From: a virus
Lineage: Duplodnaviria > Caudoviricetes
DNA length: 64,000 bases
Direction: 5' to 3' (one strand)
Virus record (IMG/VR): IMGVR_UViG_2926528486_000004
Coordinates: 885-64,884 of that record
Shown here piece after piece: positions 1 to 8,339 of the stretch (positions within the stretch are counted from its first letter, which is position 1; each line of letters begins with the position of its first letter). Position numbers and translations under genes: made by a program. The notes below the pieces were generated by a model, which ran no database searches, was not told the origin of the DNA, and saw nothing but the letters and a program-made list of their open reading frames with translations.

Positions 1-1
1 T

Positions 2-154
2 GGAGACTTGTTTACGTTACAGCGAATACTCGACCATGCTGAAATTCAAACAACGCGCAAATATATTCAAATGGATAATGAACACGTCCGTCAGCAACAT
101 AATAAGTTTTCTCCGTTGAGGCGGATTGTTAAACGAAATGGCATTCGTATTTAA
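2..154 (+). CDS. Tyrosine integrase/recombinase, C-terminal end (5' partial)
   Basis: Own translation GDLFTLQRILDHAEIQTTRKYIQMDNEHVRQQHNKFSPL...; box II L-x-H...TT-x-x-Y catalytic motif. Confidence 0.85.
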   Translation, partial: GDLFTLQRILDHAEIQTTRKYIQMDNEHVRQQHNKFSPLRRIVKRNGIRI

Positions 155-486
155 TCATCGATAATCTCAACGTCGACCACGTCCGCCATTGACACGCGCG
201 TCTGCTCGCCCATTAACGTAATCACTCGCAACTGTTGCTGAATGGCATCGAAATAATGCACACGTCCAACTGTGTCGGTAATGAATCCGCCTAGCCATGT
301 CGACAGACGCAACGGCATGTTATATTCCATCGCGTAAGCCACTTGCTCGTCAAATTCCACACGCTGGTATTCGTCGATCAGTGGCTTTTCGCATTTCTCC
401 AACTCTTCGCGCAACATCTTAAGCTCCGCCACATGCTCCGTCATAAAGAAGCCTTGCCATTTTTGCAGTCCCCTATCGCGTATCAT
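151..486 (-). CDS. YolD-like protein
   Basis: MIRDRGLQKWQGFFMTEH N-terminal signature of the YolD family; SOS box upstream. Confidence 0.85.
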   Translation of the reverse strand: MIRDRGLQKWQGFFMTEHVAELKMLREELEKCEKPLIDEYQRVEFDEQVAYAMEYNMPLRLSTWLGGFITDTVGRVHYFDAIQQQLRVITLMGEQTRVSMADVVDVEIIDD

Positions 487-532
487 ACGTAATTACCTCC
501 GGTTGTTTTTAGGCTTGCGCCGCTTTAAGCTT

Positions 533-562
533 ATTATACACGAACGAATGTTCTATATTCAA
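533..562 (-). promoter_or_regulatory. sigma-A promoter with LexA/DinR (SOS) box
   Basis: CGAACGAATGTTCT at 541-554 matches the Bacillus SOS box and lies between -35 TTGAAT (562-557) and -10 TATAAT (538-533). Confidence 0.8.
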
Positions 563-1353
563 CCGTTAAGCCAATCGTAAAATACTCCGCTTTCATTAAC
601 CGTCCGCTGGCGTACGATTCGAGTAGTCGCGTTCTGCCATGCTCGATACAAATAATCGTCCAGCTTGCGGATCTTTTGCTGCTTCGTTTTCAGTATCGCA
701 TTATGGAACGCAGTCACGAACGGCTCCGGATTATCCTCGATGACCACTTCGCTGTTGATTGATCGTTTAGCTCGAAGAAGAATGCCGTAATATTTATAAA
801 TTTCTTCGGCGATGAAGTACCGTTCCATGGCGTTGTAGACGTCATTTGGCAGCGAATCTTTTAAGGCTTGCGATGGGACTGACGTGTCTAAATATGTATT
901 ATTTTTAAGATTAATAGAATCTAAAGGTTCGTTTTCGTTTTTCGCTAGTTTAGCGTTACTCTCCGTTGGCTCTGCGCTATCTACACGATTGGACACGCTC
1001 GACTGGTCATTGCGAGTAAAACGCAGCTCATTGACGGGTAGAATGCGCAATATGTTGGCGCCCTTCCCTCCGTTTATCTTACGTAGCGTGGCGACTTTCT
1101 CAACGATGCCAAGCTCGCCAAGCTTATTGACGATGCGCCTCGCGGTCTTCTCACTTTTGCCGATAATCTCCGCCAAGGTTGCGGCTTTTAAATGTGCTGC
1201 TCCCGCAAACTTGACGGCATATCGTGCGATGGTACTCAGCGTCAGGCGATCCGTGTCGTTTAGTTCGAATGCGTTACGTTTGATATGCGTGTCAACTGCG
1301 TCGTTTAATTGCTGCGTCGTATTGAAAGTTTGGTAGTCCGATAGATAGTGCAT
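559..1353 (-). CDS. HTH replication-initiator-like protein
   Basis: wHTH (TLAEIIGKSEKTARRIVNKL), low-complexity Asn-rich linker, C-terminal ...FYDWL typical of Bacillus phage/plasmid Rep-like proteins. Confidence 0.65.
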   Translation of the reverse strand: MHYLSDYQTFNTTQQLNDAVDTHIKRNAFELNDTDRLTLSTIARYAVKFAGAAHLKAATLAEIIGKSEKTARRIVNKLGELGIVEKVATLRKINGGKGANILRILPVNELRFTRNDQSSVSNRVDSAEPTESNAKLAKNENEPLDSINLKNNTYLDTSVPSQALKDSLPNDVYNAMERYFIAEEIYKYYGILLRAKRSINSEVVIEDNPEPFVTAFHNAILKTKQQKIRKLDDYLYRAWQNATTRIVRQRTVNESGVFYDWLNG

Positions 1354-1386
1354 CAGTTTCGCCCCTTATTCGTTTATTTAAATATA

Positions 1387-1449
1387 ATTATATATCGCTA
1401 TGTCGATATGTCAATCCCTATTTACAAAATATCGATATAACGTTATAAT
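1387..1449. promoter_or_regulatory. Divergent sigma-A promoters with probable XRE operators
   Basis: Minus: TTGACA(1414-1409)-16-TATAAT(1392-1387); plus: TTTACA(1421)-17-TATAAT(1444); imperfect ATATCG..CGATAT palindromes in both spacers. Confidence 0.7.
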
Positions 1450-1484
1450 TAAATCAAATAATCACGGACAAGGAGTGACGCTGA

Positions 1485-1691
1485 ATGCTTTACGTTAAAG
1501 TCTCGGAGATACTCGAAGAACGCAATATCACACGGGCAGCGCTCGCAGAAATGACCGGCTTACGTCCAAATGTGATAAGCGAAATATGCAACAATCAGCG
1601 CACGACTATTAATCGCGAACATATCGCACGTATTGCTAAAGCGTTAGATGTTACGGACACTAATCAATTATTAGAGTTACGCTCACTTTAA
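1485..1691 (+). CDS. XRE/Cro-family HTH regulator
   Basis: 68 aa, ITRAALAEMTGLRPNVISEICNN HTH. Confidence 0.85.
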   Translation: MLYVKVSEILEERNITRAALAEMTGLRPNVISEICNNQRTTINREHIARIAKALDVTDTNQLLELRSL

Positions 1692-2333
1692 AACCATTCG
1701 AATGCCGTCGGTCATTGTTATCGGCTTTGCTTCGGGTGGTTTTTCTTTTTTGAGCGACTGGACAAACGCTGTAAATGACTGCGCTTGGAATATGCGAAAC
1801 GGATAGTCGGCGGCATTTATCGCATATGGACGCTCGCTTAATATAAGGACATGCGGAAATGGTTTCGGCATAATACCTGCGCGATAGAAGTCAACGTATC
1901 GACCTAGCTTTTCCGCCATTTGCCGGTCACTATAAAGCGTACGCTGTACCTCCACGAAAAAGCCAGTCTTGCGATACTGACAATATACGTCCGGCTCAAC
2001 GGTACCTTTCCGTCCGTACTTCGGCTCGACTAAGAACGTCCTTGTCGCACCAAGCATTCGCAGCTCCTTATACACGTCAAGTATCGCGAGGAAGTGGCCG
2101 ATCTTTGCGCTGTTCTTTTTAATCTGCGTCTCTGCACCGAAATATAGAAACGGCACGAACGCTTTCGACCGCTGTATATGACCGTCGCGCCATAAACGAA
2201 GCAACACGTTGTTAGCCGAGTAATTCGGACGCTTGTTATCTGCGAAATGTATTTCCGCAATACTGTCGCGATCCATTACTCGGAATCGATTCAAGTCTGC
2301 GATTATCTCCTTATCTCTCTGCGTCAATGGCAT
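1683..2333 (-). CDS. Replication-relaxation family protein
   Basis: RDKEIIADLNRFRVM...HFLAI...EPD...FFVEVQR motifs; paired with FtsK; start taken at MPLTQRD. Confidence 0.75.
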   Translation of the reverse strand: MPLTQRDKEIIADLNRFRVMDRDSIAEIHFADNKRPNYSANNVLLRLWRDGHIQRSKAFVPFLYFGAETQIKKNSAKIGHFLAILDVYKELRMLGATRTFLVEPKYGRKGTVEPDVYCQYRKTGFFVEVQRTLYSDRQMAEKLGRYVDFYRAGIMPKPFPHVLILSERPYAINAADYPFRIFQAQSFTAFVQSLKKEKPPEAKPITMTDGIRMVLK

Positions 2334-3456
2334 CGTAAAACACATCCTCTTCCGTTAGTTTTTCTTGGTCCTGCGTGACTGGTTTCGTTTTACCTTTCGA
2401 AACCATGAACGGATTTAGTAACTCCTTTGCGTCCCCCATTTCGAGGTACGGCGCCTGCAAGTCGTAAAGTTTGTCGCTATTCATTACAAAGCGTCCAGGT
2501 TCTTCTATCTTCTCCGCGTCAGGCGTATTGACGATTCGTGCCTCCGTTTTGTCTCGCAGCTTAAAGCCCATGCTCACCGTTAAGTTTACGCGAATAGTCG
2601 TGTCTAGGACCTTCGCATTCGGTCGCTGCATCGAAAGGATTGCGAATACTCCGAGCGTCCTACCTATCGCAACAACTTCCGTCAATATCTCCATGACAGT
2701 CTCATCCTTGCGCAGCATGACAAATTCATCGATACACACCACGAGATATGGACGCCTATGTTCCACTGGCAACTCATCGATATGACTGACTTCGAATGTT
2801 TCCGTCAAATCGCTGCGTTCGTCTAGTTCGCGTTTGATGTGACATAGCATCTCCGCGATATCTCTACCGCTGCTCAAGACGCATTGCACATGCTCGACTT
2901 TACGGAAGATATGAAACTCCGACTTCTTGCAGTCGCCTAGGTATAGCTTTAATTCGCTTGGCTTTTTTGCCAGTATCAGCGTAGTTAATATCGACCTCAA
3001 TTGTGTTGACTTACCGCTACCTGTTTCGCCAGCAATAAGGATGTGCGGTTGCTTTAATAAGTCGAATGCTACATAGGCGCCCGTACGATCCTTTCCGCAG
3101 ATTATACCGAGCTTGAGTTTTGTCAACTGTTCGCGAATATCTTCGATGTCATACGCCAAGTCTCCGGTTGATGACTTCGAATAAATCGTCAGTGTATAGC
3201 GTTTGACTTCGCCTTCTAGTCGGATATGTTCTCCGAAGTGTTGTAAGATTGCGAAATAGTTGCGTTTAAGTATGTCGGGATTCAAGCCGTTCGGAAGCGA
3301 GAAAGTATATTGCGTTGAATGGTCGGTGATTTTTACGGAGACTATTTTCGGAAAAATTGGCCGCTCGAGCGTGCCGAGATAAATATTGCCGCTTTTAAAT
3401 GCGCTGATCAACCGTTTCCTTGCGTTAAGGTTCGTGATTAAATGTCGCCAGCTCAT
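2311..3456 (-). CDS. FtsK/SpoIIIE-family ATPase
   Basis: PHILIAGETGSGKST Walker A, VVCIDEF Walker B, ILSMQRP. Confidence 0.9.
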   Translation of the reverse strand: MSWRHLITNLNARKRLISAFKSGNIYLGTLERPIFPKIVSVKITDHSTQYTFSLPNGLNPDILKRNYFAILQHFGEHIRLEGEVKRYTLTIYSKSSTGDLAYDIEDIREQLTKLKLGIICGKDRTGAYVAFDLLKQPHILIAGETGSGKSTQLRSILTTLILAKKPSELKLYLGDCKKSEFHIFRKVEHVQCVLSSGRDIAEMLCHIKRELDERSDLTETFEVSHIDELPVEHRRPYLVVCIDEFVMLRKDETVMEILTEVVAIGRTLGVFAILSMQRPNAKVLDTTIRVNLTVSMGFKLRDKTEARIVNTPDAEKIEEPGRFVMNSDKLYDLQAPYLEMGDAKELLNPFMVSKGKTKPVTQDQEKLTEEDVFYDAIDAER

Positions 3457-3641
3457 TTGAGCCACCCGATAAGCGCGTTCGTTTCGATGAAGTATACGCC
3501 TGCCGCAAGTCCTGCGAGTGGTAGCAATATTCGTATGACTGTGCCTAGTGCGTGAAATCCGTAAGTCTCGGCCGTCTTGTCTACCGCCGCTACCAATATC
3601 GTCGAGCCTGCCGCCAATAACATCGTCGTTGTAAATAACAT
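3453..3641 (-). CDS. Small membrane protein of the FtsK module
   Basis: Two hydrophobic segments; RBS GGAGG before MLFTTT (an upstream start is possible). Confidence 0.6.
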   Translation of the reverse strand: MLFTTTMLLAAGSTILVAAVDKTAETYGFHALGTVIRILLPLAGLAAGVYFIETNALIGWLK

Positions 3642-3850
3642 TTCTTCCGCCTCCGTTTTCTTAACGTCTTTTCTCTTTCTTTTCCTCATTGCGTTTCTTC
3701 TTGTATGATTGCGTTTAGCCGTCACTTACTTAACACTTCCGCAACCCTGTTAATAGCCTATGCGCGAACGCCTGTCTATGTTGTTACTTTTTTGCGTATA
3801 GAAAACTTTTGGCTTGTCGATACTTGTACAAAAACGCAGGAGTGATCGGC

Positions 3851-4081
3851 ATGTTTTCATTTTTAGGACTAGGTAAAAGCCGGACGAAGTTTGGGCGATG
3901 GTTGGACAAAAAGGAAATAACGCAGATAGAAATCGAAGAGTTATCGGGCCTGAGCCGCAGGACTGTTTCGCGATTATGTAATGACGAGGATTATCAACCG
4001 AAATATTCGACGGTAAGTAGGGTAAGGTATGCGCTTAAGAAGTTAGGCGAAAGTGTGACGGATGATTATTTCGGAATGTAA
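3851..4081 (+). CDS. XRE-family HTH regulator
   Basis: MFSFLGLGKSRTKFGRWLD...ITQIEIEELSGLSRRTVSRLCND; divergent from the FtsK module. Confidence 0.8.
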   Translation: MFSFLGLGKSRTKFGRWLDKKEITQIEIEELSGLSRRTVSRLCNDEDYQPKYSTVSRVRYALKKLGESVTDDYFGM

Positions 4082-4107
4082 AAAAGCCGCGACATAAGCC
4101 GTGGCCA

Positions 4108-4296
4108 TTATTTTTCACGCATTAATGTATAGAATACTTCGTCAGAGCTTCCAACACCGACTCCGGCAGTAAAAGAACTTATAACTTTCCAGCCTTCTGC
4201 GCCAAGCTTATTTAATTCTTCATCCGGGTTGAACTTCGATTTAAATACGCCCTTTCTATCAAATTTTATCGTTTTATATTCGTATGTATTTATCAC
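4108..4296 (-). CDS. DUF4177-like small protein
   Basis: YEYKTI...EELNKLGAEGWKVIS signature. Confidence 0.75.
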   Translation of the reverse strand: MINTYEYKTIKFDRKGVFKSKFNPDEELNKLGAEGWKVISSFTAGVGVGSSDEVFYTLMREK

Positions 4297-4351
4297 GGTA
4301 TAACCTCCCTTTATTTGCTAATTATACAACATAAAACCATTCGTATGTACA

Positions 4352-4387
4352 AAAAAATCGCCCCAACCACGAGGGTCAGGGCGTTTT
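4352..4387. terminator. Probable bidirectional intrinsic terminator ending the late operon
   Basis: A7-TCGCCC...GGGCG-TTTT hairpin. Confidence 0.55.
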
Positions 4388-4388
4388 G

Positions 4389-4685
4389 TTATATTCGTTT
4401 TCCTACGATAAATCTGCGCGTGTCACTTGCGAACTCATTACCGTTCGAATACTTGACAATTCCCTGCACAACGAACAATCCGTCGCTCGATAAATCGTCA
4501 GCAGAAAGTGTTACTTCGCAAATACCTCTAGTCAAATCCGTAATGTTCGCTCGTTTAATTATTCGTCGAGTGCCCGCTTTAATAACAACGTCGACCATCG
4601 CATCAACCAACGACACTGATTGCCCGTTGTCAACTACTGTCAACTCGAGCACGGTTCCGCTGTCGCCTGCTTTTATTTCCGCCAT
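4389..4685 (-). CDS. BppU N-terminal-like (Ig-fold) virion accessory protein
   Basis: IKAGDSGTVLELTV...GICEVTLSADDL...G pattern. Confidence 0.55.
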   Translation of the reverse strand: MAEIKAGDSGTVLELTVVDNGQSVSLVDAMVDVVIKAGTRRIIKRANITDLTRGICEVTLSADDLSSDGLFVVQGIVKYSNGNEFASDTRRFIVGKRI

Positions 4686-4699
4686 CCGTAACACCTCCG

Positions 4700-5701
4700 C
4701 TATAATTTAATGTCAATTGTTTTCCTTCGAACTACTTCCAGCGTTTCAACCCGTCTTTGCGATATTTCTACCGTCAGTTTAATCGTCTCCTGATACTCAG
4801 ACCATTCCGCTATCATTCGCTGCAATGTATCTACTACTGTTAAGGCATCCTTATAAATCATCACATTAAAATCCGACTTTCTTTCACCAATGACAAAGAA
4901 TCGTTGTGATAAATCAAAAGGCAATGCCGCGTCATCCACTATCGCTTGGACAGTCACATAAGTTGTCGCCCCGTTTGCATAAGTTATAATAAGGGAATCG
5001 AATGGCACCGATCCGATTTGACCTTCGTTGTAGAGTTGCTGTAATGTATCGAAGGCGTACGTCGAGTCCTCGTAATTAATTTGCGAAGTACTTGCAGAAA
5101 TAGCGCCATCAAGGTATGAGTTTTGCTTCGTTTCAGCCTGCGTAAAGGAATCGGCGAATAGTATCTGTCGCGTATCAACCGTCAACATACCGTCATCACC
5201 GACTAATTCGCCTCCGCCTGTTCCATCGTCCAACCAAGTCCCGCCGACCAGCGTTGCGTGATTTCCCTTGCCGCTTTGATCAATCGCACTCTTCGTATTA
5301 AAGTCGAATAGGGCTACGATTTTGCCCGCGTTGTAGTACGTTATTTTATATAGCCGACCTTTCGAGCGTGCATGCGGCAAATACGAGCTAAGAAAGTAAA
5401 CATCGTCCGTGAAAGTGTTAGCGCCGAATCTGAGCGTTACCTTTTGGTCCTTCGGTATATTTGTGTAGGAAATACTCGAGTAAACCGTACTGTTGACGCC
5501 GTTTATGAAAAAGGAGGACCAGCCGGCGCCTAACGCCGAACTGTTTAAATGACCGTTAGGAAGACCGACCCTTGCGTCAATCACATAGTTTCCGCTAGTC
5601 TGTGCGCTTTCTATCAAGCAAATCATTTCGATCGTATCGATAGGAACAGACGGACCTTTCAGACTGTCGCTTGTTCCATTCAGCGAAAGGTAATAGGCCA
5701 T
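4700..5701 (-). CDS. Putative virion fibre/appendage protein (LamG-like N-terminus)
   Basis: YLSLNGTSD...DQSGKGNHATLVGGTW concanavalin-like motif followed by repeated D-T-x-Q units. Confidence 0.5.
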   Translation of the reverse strand: MAYYLSLNGTSDSLKGPSVPIDTIEMICLIESAQTSGNYVIDARVGLPNGHLNSSALGAGWSSFFINGVNSTVYSSISYTNIPKDQKVTLRFGANTFTDDVYFLSSYLPHARSKGRLYKITYYNAGKIVALFDFNTKSAIDQSGKGNHATLVGGTWLDDGTGGGELVGDDGMLTVDTRQILFADSFTQAETKQNSYLDGAISASTSQINYEDSTYAFDTLQQLYNEGQIGSVPFDSLIITYANGATTYVTVQAIVDDAALPFDLSQRFFVIGERKSDFNVMIYKDALTVVDTLQRMIAEWSEYQETIKLTVEISQRRVETLEVVRRKTIDIKL

Positions 5702-5706
5702 GCCCG

Positions 5707-6105
5707 TTAAACCGCAAATTTACGGTAGTTAACCGTCAGCTTAATATCGCTTTTATTCTGAACGTTTCCGACTGCGGGTGTCGTTACTTTAAGCCAAAAC
5801 GGTTTACCCACGCCGTTATCTGCAATATTCGCTATCGAAAGTGCGGCTCCGCCAGCTAAATACATTCCGGCTACTCCACCGCTATCCGGCGCAAGCTGCA
5901 TCCACGTACTTTCGTCAGACCCTTCGGTATCTGTAGGATCAATCGAAATATTTTCAAATCGCTCGGCTGCGTTATCGTTAAATAACCACAACCGAACCTC
6001 TTGCGAACTTCCAGCTATAGGATGCTGCGTTGAAATTGCGTTAGATCCGTCGCCAGCCGAGACGATGTCAGTTAAGCCTTGATTCTTGGCGATTTTCAAG
6101 GACAT
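5707..6105 (-). CDS. Putative virion structural protein
   Basis: Beta-rich 132 aa, co-transcribed with the LamG- and BppU-like genes. Confidence 0.45.
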   Translation of the reverse strand: MSLKIAKNQGLTDIVSAGDGSNAISTQHPIAGSSQEVRLWLFNDNAAERFENISIDPTDTEGSDESTWMQLAPDSGGVAGMYLAGGAALSIANIADNGVGKPFWLKVTTPAVGNVQNKSDIKLTVNYRKFAV

Positions 6106-6116
6106 CGTATTTCCTC

Positions 6117-6335
6117 CTATTCTTCGCGTGTTTTCTTAGTCACGTCGTTATTTTTCCAGTAACTCCATAGCGCCGTACCACCAAGGAATGCAAACGAAAT
6201 AAACTCGCTCACTCCGTCAGCATCGACAGGAATAACGCTCATCCCCGCCATTTCCAGTCCCGTATTTACTAGCGCCAGCAACAGTAAAATAAACCGGCTG
6301 ACTGTGCCGGCATTGATTGGTTTAGTATTATTCAT
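6117..6335 (-). CDS. Holin (SPP1 family)
   Basis: GTVSRFILLLLALVN...WSYWKNNDVT signature; next to endolysin. Confidence 0.9.
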   Translation of the reverse strand: MNNTKPINAGTVSRFILLLLALVNTGLEMAGMSVIPVDADGVSEFISFAFLGGTALWSYWKNNDVTKKTREE

Positions 6336-7141
6336 TATTTTGCCTCCTTCGCAATATAAGGCGTATAGCCTGCTTTCTTCGCCTTTTCCGCTAGTGCCTT
6401 CGCGTTAGATTCGTTACTAAACGCGCCAAGCTGCACCTTATACAACCCGCCAACCTTCACCGCAAACGCATCGAATTTCTTACCTTTCGCTTGCTTTACG
6501 AGTGCGTCAGCGTTTGCCTTCTTGCTGAATGCGCCGATTTGTACTTTGTAAAGCGTGCTTGACGGATTGGCTGGTGCAGGCTTGCTGACTGCCGCTTGCT
6601 TCTTCGATAGATTAAATGCCTTCGCGATTCCTACCGCATGCCCTCGAGCAACTTTCTCGATAAACGCCGCATCTTTTAATTTCGCCGCATCTGCTGCCGT
6701 ATCGATGAACAAGTTTTCCGTTAACAACGCAGGCATTTTAGATTCGCGCAACATGTGGTAGTTAGCGCGTTTCTTACCGCGATCACGAACCTCTACAATT
6801 TGCGCCATGATTTCGGCATGAATGACGTTTTGATAAGTCGTCGTTGGCGCCCCGACAGTCGTATAAATGAAGTCCTCGTAACCCGTTCCGCCGCCAGCGT
6901 TGATATGGACGGAGAGCAAGAAATTAGCGCCCCAAGCGTTTGCTGCGTTCGTACGTTGAGTCAGCGACAAAGTGGCGTCATTGGTGCGACTTAACTTAAC
7001 CTCGACGTTGTTGTATTCCGTCTTGAGAATCGCCTCAATGCGCTTGGAAATCGTCAGCGTTAAATCCTTTTCGCGTAAACCATTGCCGACCGCTCCCGGG
7101 TCAGTACCGCCATGTCCTGGATCGATAAATACTTTAACCAA
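6335..7141 (-). CDS. Endolysin: N-acetylmuramoyl-L-alanine amidase (Amidase_3) + two SPOR repeats (CwlC-like)
   Basis: IDPGHGG..GAVGNGLREK, SVHINAG, ALLTENLFID; YKVQIGAFS and YKVQLGAFS repeats. Confidence 0.95.
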   Translation of the reverse strand: MVKVFIDPGHGGTDPGAVGNGLREKDLTLTISKRIEAILKTEYNNVEVKLSRTNDATLSLTQRTNAANAWGANFLLSVHINAGGGTGYEDFIYTTVGAPTTTYQNVIHAEIMAQIVEVRDRGKKRANYHMLRESKMPALLTENLFIDTAADAAKLKDAAFIEKVARGHAVGIAKAFNLSKKQAAVSKPAPANPSSTLYKVQIGAFSKKANADALVKQAKGKKFDAFAVKVGGLYKVQLGAFSNESNAKALAEKAKKAGYTPYIAKEAK

Positions 7142-7163
7142 ATAAATCCGCTCCCTTTTCGTT

Positions 7164-7451
7164 TTATTTTATAATCGCGACTCCCACCGTTACTAGCAGT
7201 CCGATGACCGTTAGCAACGTTCCCCAAACCCATTTCGTGTTCGCCTTCATATCCCGTATGTCCTCGCGATTCTCCCTCGCCAAGTTCAGCGCTGCTTCGG
7301 CTTTGTCATCGACTTTATCTGCCTTTTCGTCTGCGCGTTCAGCAAGCCGTTTGATGTCGTTGAGATTATCCATCTTCGTATCAATTCGCACCAGCCATTC
7401 GCGTATGTCGGCGATCTTTTCGTTTAATTCGTGCCCGCTTGGCTCCGACAA
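7164..7451 (-). CDS. XhlA-like holin-associated membrane protein
   Basis: Coiled coil plus C-terminal TM (NTKWVWGTLLTVIG); directly upstream of endolysin. Confidence 0.75.
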   Translation of the reverse strand: MSEPSGHELNEKIADIREWLVRIDTKMDNLNDIKRLAERADEKADKVDDKAEAALNLARENREDIRDMKANTKWVWGTLLTVIGLLVTVGVAIIK

Positions 7452-7491
7452 TGTGCCGCCCCTCCTTTCGATGGAATAAAAAAAAGACGCC

Positions 7492-8025
7492 TTATTTGGC
7501 GCCCCTTAATTGTGCAGCTTCGTTTATTAAATTTGACAAGTTCCCGGTATCTTTTGTTAGTAATGTATTTTCTATTTCCGCCATTTTAGCGAAGTAGTCC
7601 GTTTTGTCTGGATATTCACCTTTTAGCGTTCCGTTGTAGTACAGGACAACCGAATGCCACCATTCGCTAGGCTTTTCAGAATTGCCGTTAGCAAATTCAA
7701 TCAATTCGTTTTCCAAAGCCTCAGCGTCGCTTAGTAAGAATACTACTTCGCCATTTTGCGCACGTTCTTGAATAGCGTCATCGCTGCCGAACACTTCGTA
7801 TACTTCCCACGGATATTTACCGTCAGCGATCGGCTCAGTACGCTCAGTTGGACCTTCTTCTGCTGGTTCCACAGGTGCCTCGTCCTCGCTTGGTCCTTCT
7901 TCTTCAACTTTAGCCGCAGTTTCTACTTCCTTATCTGAATCGGTGTTTGTTTCGGATTTTTCTTCCGAACTACAACCGGTTAATATTAAGAACAACGCAA
8001 TAAAACTAGCAAAATATAACTTCAA
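7492..8025 (-). CDS. Lipoprotein (moron)
   Basis: TTG start, MKLYFASFIALFLILTG-C lipobox, acidic linker; terminator-like hairpin at ~7478-7504. Confidence 0.8.
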   Translation of the reverse strand: MKLYFASFIALFLILTGCSSEEKSETNTDSDKEVETAAKVEEEGPSEDEAPVEPAEEGPTERTEPIADGKYPWEVYEVFGSDDAIQERAQNGEVVFLLSDAEALENELIEFANGNSEKPSEWWHSVVLYYNGTLKGEYPDKTDYFAKMAEIENTLLTKDTGNLSNLINEAAQLRGAK

Positions 8026-8084
8026 GGAAAATCCCCCTTTTTGATGAAAATAATACCTCATTAGTTATATTTACGCAACAACCT

Positions 8085-8339
8085 TTAAAAAGATTCAGTG
8101 CTTTCGTTAATTTTTTCGTTTTCTCCTTCGTTATTTTCCTCGACTGGTATTTCAGGCTTTAACGCCTCAGTTATTGGCGTAATTAGCTTAACTTCTATTC
8201 GCGAAAATATTAAATCACCCACTAAGACGGTATTAATGTCACGATCATTTAATTGCTGATTAATTTCCGAAGCGTTATATGTCTCTACCTCAACCTCGTA
8301 ATTGCCACTGTTATAGGTATCTATTTTTAGTTTTATCAT
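8085..8339 (-). CDS. Small tail-associated hypothetical protein
   Basis: Overlaps the stop of the tail spike gene. Confidence 0.55.
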   Translation of the reverse strand: MIKLKIDTYNSGNYEVEVETYNASEINQQLNDRDINTVLVGDLIFSRIEVKLITPITEALKPEIPVEENNEGENEKINESTESF

